64,000 nucleotides of DNA from Bdellovibrionota bacterium (GCA_044345405.1 JBIJBE010000003.1:79751-143750); one strand, 5' to 3'; positions 29,024 to 38,661 are shown, counted from the stretch's first letter. Made by a program: numbers and translations. The notes: generated from the letters alone by a model not told the origin.

Positions 29024-29099
29024 TGGAGCCGCCTGTCAGACTCGAACTGACGACCTACGGTTTACAAAACCGTTGCTCTACCAACTGAGCTAAGGCGGC
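29024..29099 (-). tRNA. trnT: tRNA-Thr(TGT)
   Basis: Reverse complement GCCGCCTTAGCTCAGTTGGTAGAGCA ACGGT-TTTGTAA-ACCGT AGGTCGTCAGTTCGAGTCTGACAGGCGGCTCCA. Confidence 0.97.
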
Positions 29100-29327
29100 T
29101 TAGTGAAGACGAGAGGGGAGGGCAAGGTGTCTTGCGGTACCCTCACGGTGTTTGATGCACCGATGACTTCGTTCGCCCTTTGGTTTTCTCAAGCTTTGGG
29201 GCTCGGGTCAAGCTATACCGGGCAGATAAGTACTCATTTTTCGGAGGCATTTTGCCCTTGCATCATGAGGTCTGCGAGGCTCGGGGTGATTTTCTTCACG
29301 GATGCTCTCTCTCTGCAACCGAGTGTA

Positions 29328-29362
29328 TTTACTTGATCCAGGAAATTCTACATACTGCGCCG
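29328..29362 (+). promoter_or_regulatory. putative stable-RNA promoter for tRNA Thr-Tyr(-Trp)
   Basis: TTTACT-N17-CATACT followed by GC-rich discriminator GCGCCG. Confidence 0.5.
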
Positions 29363-29379
29363 GCGTTCCGACACCTAGT

Positions 29380-29455
<76 letters not shown>

Positions 29456-29498
29456 TTTAGTTTGAACGTCCACTACAATTCCTTATGGAATTCCTCAT

Positions 29499-29584
29499 GG
29501 TGAGGTGCCCGAGTGGCTAAAGGGGGCAGACTGTAAATCTGCTGGCTACGGCCTACGGGGGTTCGAATCCCTCTCTCACCACCA
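29499..29584 (+). tRNA. trnY: tRNA-Tyr(GTA)
   Basis: GGTGAGGTGCCCGAGTGGCTAAAGGGG GCAGA-CTGTAAA-TCTGC, long variable arm, GGGGGTTCGAATCCCTC TCTCACCACCA. Confidence 0.97.
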
Positions 29585-29589
29585 TCTAT

Positions 29590-30158
29590 CCCATTTGGCA
29601 TTTGAGCCCAGGGGCTTCCGCCCCTCTCGCCGCTTAACGCGGCTTCACCCCGTTTTTTCCGCTCGACGCTCGGGTCCAGGGGCACACCCCCTCTCGCCGC
29701 TTAACGCGGCTTCACCCCGTTTTTTCCGCTCGACGCTCGGGTCCAGGGGCACACCCCCTCTCTCGCCGCTTAACGCGGCTTCACCCCGTTTTTTCCGCTC
29801 GACGTTTGGGTCCAGGGGGCACACCCCCTCTCGCCGCTTAACGCGGCTTCACCCCGTTTTTTCCGCTCGACGCTCGGGTCCAGGGGCACACCCCCTCTCG
29901 CCGCTTAACGCGACTTCACCCCGTTTTTTCCGCTCGACGTTTGGGTCCAGGGGCACACCCCCTCTCGCCGCTTAACGCGGCTTCACCCCGTTTTTTCCGC
30001 TCGACGCTCGGGTCCAGGGGCACACCCCCTCCTGCCGCTCGGGTCCAGGGGCACACCCCCTCCTGCCGCTCGGGTCCAGGGGCACACCCCCTCCTGCCGC
30101 TAATCGCGGCTTCACCCCGTTTCCCATTCGGCATTTGAGCCCAGGGGCTACGCCCTGG
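29590..30158 (+). repeat. tandem hairpin array 1: 6 x 67-69 bp plus 2 x 31 bp units
   Basis: Unit CTCTCGCCGCTTAACGCGGCTTCACCCCGTTTTTTCCGCTCGACGCTCGGGTCCAGGGGCACACCCC; GCCGC starts at 29629, 29696, 29765, 29833, 29900, 29967; no unique spacers. Confidence 0.95.
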
Positions 30159-30161
30159 TTT

Positions 30162-30220
30162 CCCCTGAGCGGTTCCCCTGAGCGAACGGAGTGAGTCGAA
30201 GGGAACGGAGTGAGTCGAAC
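30162..30220. repeat. CCTGAGCG...GAGTCGAAGGG-type short element, apparently nested in itself
   Basis: CCCCTGAGCGGTT[CCCCTGAGCGAACGGAGTGAGTCGAAGGG]AACGGAGTGAGTCGAA; related copy at 30774-30802. Confidence 0.6.
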
Positions 30221-30279
30221 GAAGCCGAAGCCCAAGCTGTTCCAATCCAACACGAATGTGCTAGAGTCGACACCGATTT

Positions 30280-30352
<73 letters not shown>

Positions 30353-30356
30353 CACT

Positions 30357-30751
30357 GTTTTTCCCATTCGGCATTCGGGCCCAGGGGCTTCGCCCCGGTT
30401 TTTCCCATTCGGCATTCGGGCCCAGGGGCTTCGCCCCGGTTTTTCCCATTCGGCATTCGGGCCCAGGGGCTTCGCCCCGGTTTTTCCCATTCGGCATTCG
30501 GGCCCAGGGGCTGCGCCCCGGTTTTTCCCATTCGGCATTCGGGCCCAGGGGCTTCGCCCCGGTTTTTCCCATTCGGCATTCGGGCCCAGGGGCTTCGCCC
30601 CGGTTTTTCCCATTCGGCATTTGAGCCCAGGGGCTTTGCCCCGGTTTTTCCCATTCGGCATTTGAGCCCAGGGGCTTCGCCCCGGTTTTTCCCATTCGGC
30701 ATTTGAGCCCAGGGGCTGCGCCCCTCCTGCCGCTAATCGCGGCGTCACCCC
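30357..30751 (+). repeat. tandem hairpin array 2: 9 x 41 bp
   Basis: Unit GTTTTTCCCATTCGGCATTCGGGCCCAGGGGCTTCGCCCCG; CCCATT at 30363, 30404, 30445, 30486, 30527, 30568, 30609, 30650, 30691; ends with GCCGCTAATCGCGGC hairpin. Confidence 0.97.
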
Positions 30752-30888
30752 TTCCATCAAGATAGACAGGCAGCCCGAGCGGTTCGGACGGAGTCGAAGG
30801 GGCCTACAGGTGTCCCATTCCCCAATTGCATGATAAACCAAGAGGTAGCGGACTCCGCCACAAAGGGTCCGCACGTGAGGAACACCGA

Positions 30889-31992
30889 ATGAGTGAAACC
30901 GTTGCTGACGCCGCTGTCGCGAATCAAACCGCTACCCTCGACTATGAGGTCCGTCAGCGTTCTCCACTCTGGATGGTTAGCCAAGAGCCACTCCTCAATG
31001 ATCTCGTCGCCTATCTCAGCAAGGTTCGCGAGGAGCTTGAGCGCGATCCGCATCGTCATTGCGAATTAGCGTTCTCCCGAGCGCATCTGAAACAATGCCG
31101 CGCCGCCTTCGATCGGATGATTCGAAAAGGGGAGGAGAGTCTCCACCGTTTGTGCGAGCTCTTCTGTAATTCGTTTGTGGGGAGGTATCAGCTTCAAAGC
31201 GTTGTGATCGGAGAGACCCCAACGACCCATGAGCGCTTTACGTTGACGCAGATCCTTTCGCGGCACGATCTCTACTCCACGATGGATCTTGATCTCGGAA
31301 ATAGGCAGCTCCGGAAATTGAACTATTTTGACGGTAACGGATGGGTTTCTCCGACTCTCGTCGCCAACATGGTGGAGTACCAACCGACCCAACCTAACAC
31401 GCATGGGGTTCATAAGATCATCAGCCGAATTAAGGCCGAGGAGGAGCTGTGGAATAAGGTCGTGGATGAGATCTTTGGTCTCGATTCCTTGGTGACGAGA
31501 GATAAGGAGCTTCGCCATCTTAGCTACTACGTAAAAGATGTCTTCGGCGTGAAGATCGTCGTGGGCACTCCTGAAGAGGTTGTGAGTTTACATCAAGAAC
31601 TTGAGCGTCTCTCGTGGTCGACGAGCGAGCTACAAGCGGTAGGGGAGAGCCCGACGCCCCCAATGTCACGGCTCTCCTTTGTTGAGACGAAGGATTATAT
31701 CCGTAACGTCGAGAAGAATAGCGGCTGGGAGGCTATGAAGTCGGTCATCACGTGGGGAGGCAGGATGTTCGAGGTGCAGGTGCAGCCGCTCTCTAACTTC
31801 TGGCGAGAGCGTGAGCACCTGACTCGAGAGAGTCATGCCGGCTTCAAGAGTCGTCGTGAGGAGATCCGTCTTCAGGTTGCCGAACGGATTCCGCTCTTCC
31901 GTTTTTACCAGAGTCTGCTTCGGTGGCTCATCCAACTTCCGGATTCTCCCGCTCCAACCTTTTCCGGCATTTCGGTCGTTGTAACTGACTGA
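30889..31992 (+). CDS. divergent RelA/SpoT-synthetase-like (SAS-like) nucleotidyltransferase-fold protein
   Basis: Ordered motifs SRIKA, KDVFGVKIV, KDYIRNVEKNSGWEAMK, FEVQVQ, ESHAGFK match RSH RxK / DxxGxR / KDYIxxPKxNGYxSLH / EIQIRT / AAHWxYK; GAGGA RBS before ATG 30889. Confidence 0.72.
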   Translation: MSETVADAAVANQTATLDYEVRQRSPLWMVSQEPLLNDLVAYLSKVREELERDPHRHCELAFSRAHLKQCRAAFDRMIRKGEESLHRLCELFCNSFVGRYQLQSVVIGETPTTHERFTLTQILSRHDLYSTMDLDLGNRQLRKLNYFDGNGWVSPTLVANMVEYQPTQPNTHGVHKIISRIKAEEELWNKVVDEIFGLDSLVTRDKELRHLSYYVKDVFGVKIVVGTPEEVVSLHQELERLSWSTSELQAVGESPTPPMSRLSFVETKDYIRNVEKNSGWEAMKSVITWGGRMFEVQVQPLSNFWREREHLTRESHAGFKSRREEIRLQVAERIPLFRFYQSLLRWLIQLPDSPAPTFSGISVVVTD

Positions 31993-32030
31993 TCTTAAAT
32001 GCCTTTTTCGAGCTCGTGAAGGGGTGTGCT

Positions 32031-32063
32031 ATACTTGAATAAAATGTTCAAGATTGCTACCTT
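32031..32063 (+). promoter_or_regulatory. suf promoter overlapped by IscR/Rrf2-type box
   Basis: ATACTTGAATAAAATGTTCAAGATT (CTTGAA-N7-TTCAAG) overlapping TTGAAT-N17-TACCTT with TGn extended -10. Confidence 0.6.
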
Positions 32064-32217
32064 CACTACCATAATTCAGAGCGTTATCCTTTTTTAGGAA
32101 AAACTGAGCCGCTAAGCCGACTTAGTGTGGCGTTCTGGGTATACTGTTGCCGGCTTGAAACGACTCCGATTCAGGAGCTCTCGTGGCCAGAAGCGCGAAG
32201 GATTTAGGAAAACCATT

Positions 32218-33657
32218 ATGAGTACGGACGTCCTCGATACCTACACCAATCAGGAATACAAGTACGGCTTCTATACCGATATCGAGACAGACTCCGCTCC
32301 TCCAGGATTAAATCCGGACATCATCCGTTTCATATCCATGAAGAAGGAGGAGCCTGAGTGGATGCTCGAGTGGCGTCTTAAGGCGTATGAGACGTGGCGT
32401 CAGATGAAGGAGCCACATTGGGCCTTCGTGAACTACCCTCCGATCGATTATCAGGATGTCGTGTACTACTCGGCTCCCAAGCGGAAGCCAGAGTTGAAGA
32501 GTCTCGACGAAGTTGATCCTGAGCTCCTCAAAACCTACGAGAAGCTTGGTATTCCGCTCCACGAGCAGAAGGCGCTCGCAGGTGTCGCGGTAGACGCGGT
32601 GTTCGATTCCGTATCCGTTGTGACAACCTTTAAGAAGCAGCTCGAAGAAGTAGGGGTGATATTCTGCTCGATGTCAGAGGCGATTCGTAATCACCCTGAC
32701 CTTGTGAAGAAGTATCTCGGTTCGGTTGTTCCGCACTCGGACAACTTCTTCTCGGCGCTTAACTCGGCGGTCTTCACCGACGGATCGTTCTGCTACATTC
32801 CAAAGGGCGTTCGTTGCCCTCTTGAGCTCTCAACCTATTTCCGAATTAACGCCGCTAAGACCGGACAATTCGAGCGAACCCTTATCATCGCCGATGAGGG
32901 AAGCTACGTAAGCTACATGGAGGGATGCACCGCGCCGATGCGTGATGAGAACCAACTCCATGCGGCGGTTGTTGAGCTCGTCGCTCTCGGTGACGCGCAG
33001 ATCAAGTACTCCACCATCCAGAACTGGTATCCAGGCGATAAAGATGGAAAGGGCGGTATCTACAACTTTGTGACGAAGCGTGGCCTTTGCGCTGGAAAGA
33101 ACTCAAAGATCTCCTGGACGCAAGTCGAGACCGGAAGTTCGATCACATGGAAGTATCCAAGCTGCATCTTGAAGGGTGATAACTCAGTGGGCGAGTTCTA
33201 CTCGGTCGCTATCACCAACAACAAACAGCAGGCTGATACCGGCACGAAGATGATCCATATCGGCAAGAACACGAAGAGCACGATCGTGTCGAAGGGAATC
33301 TCCGCTGGCCGAAGCCAGAACGCGTATCGTGGACTCGTGAAGATGATGAAGAGCGCCGAGGGCGCTCGTAACTTCTCTCAATGCGATTCGATGCTCATGG
33401 GTAACGAGTGCGGCGCGCACACATTCCCATACATCGAGGTGAAGAACCCAACAGCGACGGTGGAGCATGAAGCCTCAACGTCGAAGATCGGAGAGGACCA
33501 GATCTTCTACTGCAACCAACGTGGTATCTCCACTGAGGACGCGGTGTCGATGATCGTTCACGGATTTTGTAAGGAAGTTTTAAACGAGCTGCCGATGGAG
33601 TTCGCGGTTGAAGCGCGACGACTCTTGGAGATCAGTCTCGAGGGAAGCGTAGGATAG
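32218..33657 (+). CDS. sufB: Fe-S cluster assembly protein SufB
   Basis: [67 protein letters not shown]; start at ATG 32218. Confidence 0.97.
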   Translation: MSTDVLDTYTNQEYKYGFYTDIETDSAPPGLNPDIIRFISMKKEEPEWMLEWRLKAYETWRQMKEPHWAFVNYPPIDYQDVVYYSAPKRKPELKSLDEVDPELLKTYEKLGIPLHEQKALAGVAVDAVFDSVSVVTTFKKQLEEVGVIFCSMSEAIRNHPDLVKKYLGSVVPHSDNFFSALNSAVFTDGSFCYIPKGVRCPLELSTYFRINAAKTGQFERTLIIADEGSYVSYMEGCTAPMRDENQLHAAVVELVALGDAQIKYSTIQNWYPGDKDGKGGIYNFVTKRGLCAGKNSKISWTQVETGSSITWKYPSCILKGDNSVGEFYSVAITNNKQQADTGTKMIHIGKNTKSTIVSKGISAGRSQNAYRGLVKMMKSAEGARNFSQCDSMLMGNECGAHTFPYIEVKNPTATVEHEASTSKIGEDQIFYCNQRGISTEDAVSMIVHGFCKEVLNELPMEFAVEARRLLEISLEGSVG

Positions 33658-33666
33658 TGAGGTAGT

Positions 33667-34437
33667 ATGAGCTTATTGAAGATTTCAAATTTGCACGCCC
33701 GCGTAGAAGGAGAGGGAAGGGAGATTCTTAAGGGGATCAACCTTGAGATTAAGCCAGGAGAGGTTCACGCCATCATGGGAGTGAACGGTTCCGGTAAGAG
33801 CACCCTCGCCAATATCCTTGGTGGAAAGGATGGCTACGATATCACCGAAGGCTCCGTGTCATTCGACGGGAAGGATCTCCTTGAGCTCGACCCAGAGGTT
33901 CGCGCTCGTGAGGGACTCTTCCTCGCGTTCCAATATCCAGTGGAGCTCCCAGGCGTTCTCACGTCGTATTTCTTGCGTACCGCGCTGAACTCAGTGCGTG
34001 AGCACCGTGGGCAGCCAGCCCACTCGGTTCGTGACTTCGCGGCTCTCCTGAAGGAGAAGGCGAAGCACCTTGAGCTTAACGATGATATGCTTAAGCGCGC
34101 TGTAAACGAAGGATTCTCGGGCGGAGAGAAGAAGCGTAACGAGGTGTTCCAGATGGCGGTTCTTGAGCCGAAGCTCTGCATCCTCGACGAGACCGATTCC
34201 GGTCTCGATATCGACGCGCTCCAGATCGTAGCGGACGGCGTCAACAAGCTCCGTTCTGAGAGTAACGGCATGCTCGTGATTACCCACTACCAACGACTCC
34301 TCAACTACATCGTGCCGGATGTTGTGCACGTGATGGTTGATGGGCGGATCGTGAAGTCGGGTGGTAAAGAGCTCGCGCTCGAGCTTGAGACCCACGGCTA
34401 TGCCGCGTTTAAAGAGTCTGCTACCGCTACCGCGTAA
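33667..34437 (+). CDS. sufC: Fe-S cluster assembly ATPase SufC
   Basis: HAIMGVNGSGKST, FLAFQYPVE, VNEGFSGGEKKRNE, LDETDSGLDIDAL, ITHYQRLL. Confidence 0.97.
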   Translation: MSLLKISNLHARVEGEGREILKGINLEIKPGEVHAIMGVNGSGKSTLANILGGKDGYDITEGSVSFDGKDLLELDPEVRAREGLFLAFQYPVELPGVLTSYFLRTALNSVREHRGQPAHSVRDFAALLKEKAKHLELNDDMLKRAVNEGFSGGEKKRNEVFQMAVLEPKLCILDETDSGLDIDALQIVADGVNKLRSESNGMLVITHYQRLLNYIVPDVVHVMVDGRIVKSGGKELALELETHGYAAFKESATATA

Positions 34438-34446
34438 GGGTATCTC

Positions 34447-35757
34447 ATGAGTGCTGTTACTAAAAACAAAGATGGCGCAGTCGCCACGCAAAGCTGGACG
34501 AGCTCCGCGCTCGCTGAGGTGAAAAAGCGACAAGGCTCCCTTGGTTCCTTGAGCGCTCTTATCGCTGAAGCGGAGAGCGTGTTCTCAAAAGTTCTCTTTC
34601 CGACCCCTCGAATGGAGGCTTGGAAATACACTAATACCGAGGCGATCGCTCAGGGAAGCTATGCACCGGTATCCACTGAGAGTGGAGAGGTTAGTGGCGA
34701 TGTGTTGAAGCCGTTCTTTATCGAAGGGCTCTCCGCGCACACGCTCGTATTCGTTGACGGAATCTACGCTGCCGCGCACTCGTCGAAGGGTGAGCTCGCG
34801 GGCGCTCGCATCGTTCGTTTGAGCGATGGTGCGGTAGAGGGAATTGGTTCTCTCGCTCCGCACCAGGAGGACGCGTTCGCCGCGCTTTCAACCGCTCTTT
34901 TGACAGACGGTGTCGCGATCGTTGTCGCGAAGAGCGCTGTAGTCGAGAAGCCGATTCACATCGTGCACGTAGCGACATCCAAGAGCACGGGACGCGTGGT
35001 TGCTCCTCGTCTCTTTGTTCAGGCCGCTGAGAACTCTCAGGTTACGATCGTTGAAAGTCATGTGACTACAGGAGGAGAGAAGTATCTCTCCCTTCCAGTG
35101 GCTGAGATCGTTGCCGCTGACAACGCCATCGTCGATTACTACAAGTATCAACAGGAAGCGGTGTCGGCGAATCACGTGTCGAACACGATTGTGTCGCAAG
35201 GTCGCTCAGGAAATGTCTCGACCCACATCTTCTCATTCGGTGGCGCGCTCGTTCGTAATAACGTGACCGCGAACCTGAAGGGGAGTGGGGCTAACGCGGT
35301 ATTGAATGGACTCTCCGTGTTGAGCGGAACGCAGCATGTCGATAACACGACCGAGATTCACCACATCGAGCCATCGATCGAGAGCCGTGAACATTTCAAG
35401 GGAATCTACGCCGACGCGAGCCGTGGAGTGTTCTCGGGAACGATCACGGTTGACCAGATTGCTCAGAAGACGAACGCCTTCCAATCGAACCAAGCGCTCT
35501 TGCTCTCGCCTAACGCGAGCATCGAGACCCGCCCTCAGCTCAAGATCTGGGCTGATGACGTGAAGTGCACCCACGGGGCGACCGTTGGGCAGCTCGACCA
35601 AGACGCTATGTTCTACCTTCGCTCGCGCGGTATCGGCCGAGAGGAAGCTCGTAACTTCCTGATTCACGCCTTTGCCAGTGAGGTTTTAAGCACAGTTAAG
35701 GTTCCGGCCTTGAAGGAGTACGTCGAGGCCGCGATAACGGAGAAGCTGGGCAGGTAA
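34447..35757 (+). CDS. sufD: Fe-S cluster assembly protein SufD
   Basis: FPTPRMEAWKYT, AQKTNAFQSN, PQLKIWADDVKCTHGATVGQLD, FYLRSRGI. Confidence 0.95.
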   Translation: MSAVTKNKDGAVATQSWTSSALAEVKKRQGSLGSLSALIAEAESVFSKVLFPTPRMEAWKYTNTEAIAQGSYAPVSTESGEVSGDVLKPFFIEGLSAHTLVFVDGIYAAAHSSKGELAGARIVRLSDGAVEGIGSLAPHQEDAFAALSTALLTDGVAIVVAKSAVVEKPIHIVHVATSKSTGRVVAPRLFVQAAENSQVTIVESHVTTGGEKYLSLPVAEIVAADNAIVDYYKYQQEAVSANHVSNTIVSQGRSGNVSTHIFSFGGALVRNNVTANLKGSGANAVLNGLSVLSGTQHVDNTTEIHHIEPSIESREHFKGIYADASRGVFSGTITVDQIAQKTNAFQSNQALLLSPNASIETRPQLKIWADDVKCTHGATVGQLDQDAMFYLRSRGIGREEARNFLIHAFASEVLSTVKVPALKEYVEAAITEKLGR

Positions 35758-35774
35758 AATCAAGGGGAGCCCGT

Positions 35775-35809
35775 TTGCTCATGCCCTTGAATTCTGCTAC
35801 CTTGCGCAC
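35775..35809 (+). promoter_or_regulatory. putative sigma70 promoter of secE-nusG
   Basis: TTGCTC-N17-TACCTT (TGn extended) with GCGCAC discriminator; same -10 as the suf promoter. Confidence 0.45.
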
Positions 35810-35936
35810 TCTCCGTCCTATACGTGGTACGTGTGCCATGTGCTGTAGGGGCGGCGCGATAGGTCAGAATTCGGGCGTGAGGCGGTCTAACCCCTTGGTC
35901 TTGAAGCGATTTTATTGAGATTTCGTAGGATTTTCG

Positions 35937-36161
35937 ATGAACGAAAAGGTGGCAAACGGTGCGTCCGAGTCGATAGTTTCCCGCACAAAGGGGTACGTCT
36001 CGGAGAGCATCGACGAGCTTAAAAAGGTTCATTCGCCAACGAGACAAGAGGCGATGAAGATGACGGGAGTAGTTCTTCTCATCATCGCGTTCATCTCGCT
36101 CTGCCTTTTCGTGATGGATCTTTCGTTTAACTGGCTCATGGGCAAGATGTTGAGCCGGTAA
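35937..36161 (+). CDS. secE: preprotein translocase subunit SecE
   Basis: ELKKVHSPTRQEA plus a single TM helix; immediately upstream of nusG. Confidence 0.9.
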   Translation: MNEKVANGASESIVSRTKGYVSESIDELKKVHSPTRQEAMKMTGVVLLIIAFISLCLFVMDLSFNWLMGKMLSR

Positions 36162-36175
36162 GACTGTTTGGTAGG

Positions 36176-36218
36176 CAACGCTGTTAAGTACACAACGCTA
36201 TTAAGTACAAAACGCTAT
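36176..36218 (+). repeat. 2.5 x 17-bp tandem repeat ending at the nusG start codon
   Basis: CAACGCTGTTAAGTACA CAACGCTATTAAGTACA AAACGCTAT(G). Confidence 0.8.
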
Positions 36219-36768
36219 GGAAACGAACACAACAGAGCAAAAGTTACAGTGGTACGTCGTTCAAGCCTACGCTGGCTTCGAGATGAAGGCCAAACAGGCG
36301 CTTGAAGAGCGAATTCGTTTAAATAACCTCCTTCACCTCTTCGGAGAGGTGCACGTCCCTCAGGAGACGGTAGTGGAGTTAGTAAAGGGACAGAAGAAGA
36401 CCTCAACGAGGAAATTCTTCCCTGGGTATATCCTTGTGCAAATGGTTCTCAACGAAGAGACCTGGCACCTTGTTAAGGAAACCCCAAAGATCTCGGGCTT
36501 CGTCGGAGATGCCACAACACCTCAGCCAATAACTGAGGATGAGGTATCTCGTATCTTCAGCCAAGTTGAGGAAGGAGCTGCTTCTCCGAGATCTAAGATG
36601 AACTTTGAGCAGGGCGACGCCGTTAAGGTTGTCGACGGTCCATTTGCTGAATTCAATGGAACAATTGAGGAAGTTCGACCAGAGAAGGGCAAGGTGAAGG
36701 TGTTGATCAGCATCTTCGGCCGTGCTACTCCAGTCGAGCTCGATTTCATGCAAGTAGAGAAGTGCTAA
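36217..36768 (+). CDS. nusG: transcription termination/antitermination factor NusG
   Basis: WYVVQAYAGFE, KFFPGYILV, KOW VVDGPF, SIFGRATPVELDF. Confidence 0.97.
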   Translation: METNTTEQKLQWYVVQAYAGFEMKAKQALEERIRLNNLLHLFGEVHVPQETVVELVKGQKKTSTRKFFPGYILVQMVLNEETWHLVKETPKISGFVGDATTPQPITEDEVSRIFSQVEEGAASPRSKMNFEQGDAVKVVDGPFAEFNGTIEEVRPEKGKVKVLISIFGRATPVELDFMQVEKC

Positions 36769-36818
36769 GTAATTGGTATTACTGAGCCCCTGAAGTTGTT
36801 AGGTATAGGTGGTACAAG

Positions 36819-37244
36819 ATGGCAAAAGAGATTAGTACGTTCATTAAGTTGCAGGTAATCGGAGGGAAGGCGAACCCTGCTCCTCCTATCGGACCAGTTC
36901 TCGGTCAACACGGCGTAAACATTATGGAGTTCTGTAAGCAGTTCAATGCTAGAACCCAGAAGCAGCAAGGTGAGGTGGTTCCGGTAGTTATTACCGTGTT
37001 CAAGGACCGCTCGTTCACCTTCGAGATTAAGACTGCGCCAGTTTCGTACCTCATCAAGAAGGCTCTTGGTATTGAGAAGGGCTCCTCTGTTCCTAACAAG
37101 GACAAGGTAGGAAAGCTCACCAAGGCGCAGGTGTACGATATCGCTAAGCAGAAGATGCAGGACCTTAACTGCTACGACGAGGAGGCAGCGTTCAAGATCG
37201 TTGCTGGAACCGCTCGAAGCATGGGTGTTGATGTACTCAAATAG
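36819..37244 (+). CDS. rplK: 50S ribosomal protein L11
   Basis: [33 protein letters not shown]. Confidence 0.98.
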   Translation: MAKEISTFIKLQVIGGKANPAPPIGPVLGQHGVNIMEFCKQFNARTQKQQGEVVPVVITVFKDRSFTFEIKTAPVSYLIKKALGIEKGSSVPNKDKVGKLTKAQVYDIAKQKMQDLNCYDEEAAFKIVAGTARSMGVDVLK

Positions 37245-37255
37245 CCCTGGAGATA

Positions 37256-37284
37256 TTGACTTCTCCGCGGTTAATACCTACGCT
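37256..37284 (+). promoter_or_regulatory. putative internal promoter between rplK and rplA
   Basis: TTGACT-N17-TACGCT at the start of a 148-bp intergenic gap. Confidence 0.55.
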
Positions 37285-37392
37285 ACCGGCTCCCGAATCC
37301 CTGTAAAACGGTGGAATGGGCGCTAAAAAGGTACGGGTTGGTCGCTGAAAAGTCCCCGGAAAACCAGTTTAGTTAAGTTTTTAAGAGTAGTT

Positions 37393-38094
37393 ATGGCTCG
37401 CACAAAAGAGGGAAAGAGAATCCGAGCAGCTCGGGCTAAGGTCCAAGCTGAGAAGCTCTATTCGATGGAAGAGGGATGTCAGGTTGTAGCTTCAACCGCG
37501 TCCGCTAAGTTCGACGAGACCGTTGAGGTCGCCGTTCGACTTGGAGTTGACCCAAAGAAGGCTGACCAAAACGTTCGTGGATCCATCGCGCTTCCACACG
37601 GACTTGGAAAGGCTGTTCGCGTTCTCGTGTTCGCGAAGGGTGACAAGGCTAAAGAGGCTGAGGCCGCTGGCGCTGATTTCGTAGGTGGTGATGACCTCGT
37701 TGAGAAGATCAAGGGTGGATTCTTTGATTTCGACAGCGTTGTCGCTACACCAGATATGATGGTTCAGGTCGGAAAGGTAGGAAAGCTCCTTGGACCTCGT
37801 GGTTTGATGCCATCGCCTAAGGTTGGAACGGTAACGTTCGACGTAGGAGAGACCGTCAAGTCAGTTAAGTCTGGTCGCGCTGAGTACCGCGTTGACAAGG
37901 CTGGTATCGTTCACGCCGCTGTAGGTAAAGCTTCGTTCGGCGCTCAAAAGATCCAGGACAACGTTTCCGCGTTGTTCTCGGCTCTCAACCGAGCAAAGCC
38001 TTCGAGCAGCAAGGGTGTTTATCTTCAATCAGCTTCGATCTCCCTCACCATGGGGCCAGGCGTAGCTCTCGATGTAGCGGCGCTTAGAGCGTAA
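37393..38094 (+). CDS. rplA: 50S ribosomal protein L1
   Basis: [44 protein letters not shown]. Confidence 0.98.
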   Translation: MARTKEGKRIRAARAKVQAEKLYSMEEGCQVVASTASAKFDETVEVAVRLGVDPKKADQNVRGSIALPHGLGKAVRVLVFAKGDKAKEAEAAGADFVGGDDLVEKIKGGFFDFDSVVATPDMMVQVGKVGKLLGPRGLMPSPKVGTVTFDVGETVKSVKSGRAEYRVDKAGIVHAAVGKASFGAQKIQDNVSALFSALNRAKPSSSKGVYLQSASISLTMGPGVALDVAALRA

Positions 38095-38106
38095 GGAGTT
38101 TGAAAA

Positions 38107-38661
38107 ATGGATAAAGCTGAGAAGCAAGTAGAGCTTGAGTCGATTGTAAGCAGTTTCTCCAAGGCGCAGGTTGCTGTCTGCGCTGATTACCGCGGGCTGA
38201 CCGTAGCTCAGGTGACAAAGTTGAGAGGCGAGCTTAAGAAGGCTGGATGTGAAGCGCGCGTTGTGAAGAACACGCTCGCCCGTCTCGCTGTAAGCAAGGT
38301 AGCTGAAGGTGGTAAGCAGGACGAGGTAACTAAGTTCCTCGGTACCATCGTTGGCCCAACCCTTGTGGTCACCAACGCGACAGACGCAATTGCGCCAACT
38401 AAGGTGCTCGTCAAGTTCGCGAAGGAGAATGATAAGTTTCGAGTGAAGGGATGTTGGCTTGATGGCGCGTACGTTGACGCGGCAGGGGTAGATTCGTTAT
38501 CGAAGATGCCTGGCCGAGAGGAGACGTTCGCCATGTTGCTAAGCCTGATTTTGGAGCCTGCTACTCGCCTTGTTCGAGTAGCCTCTGAGCCTGGTACCCA
38601 GGTCGTGAGAGCAATCGAGGCTTACCGAAAGAAGCTCGGAGGTGAATCAGCGGCTGCTTAA
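38107..38661 (+). CDS. rplJ: 50S ribosomal protein L10
   Basis: DYRGLTVAQVTKLR, VVKNTLAR; position between rplA and rplL. Confidence 0.95.
   Translation: MDKAEKQVELESIVSSFSKAQVAVCADYRGLTVAQVTKLRGELKKAGCEARVVKNTLARLAVSKVAEGGKQDEVTKFLGTIVGPTLVVTNATDAIAPTKVLVKFAKENDKFRVKGCWLDGAYVDAAGVDSLSKMPGREETFAMLLSLILEPATRLVRVASEPGTQVVRAIEAYRKKLGGESAAA

Noticed and set aside
30353-35936. Integrative island inserted at tRNA-Trp
   Set aside because: No integrase, and no duplicated tRNA-Trp 3' end seen near secE.
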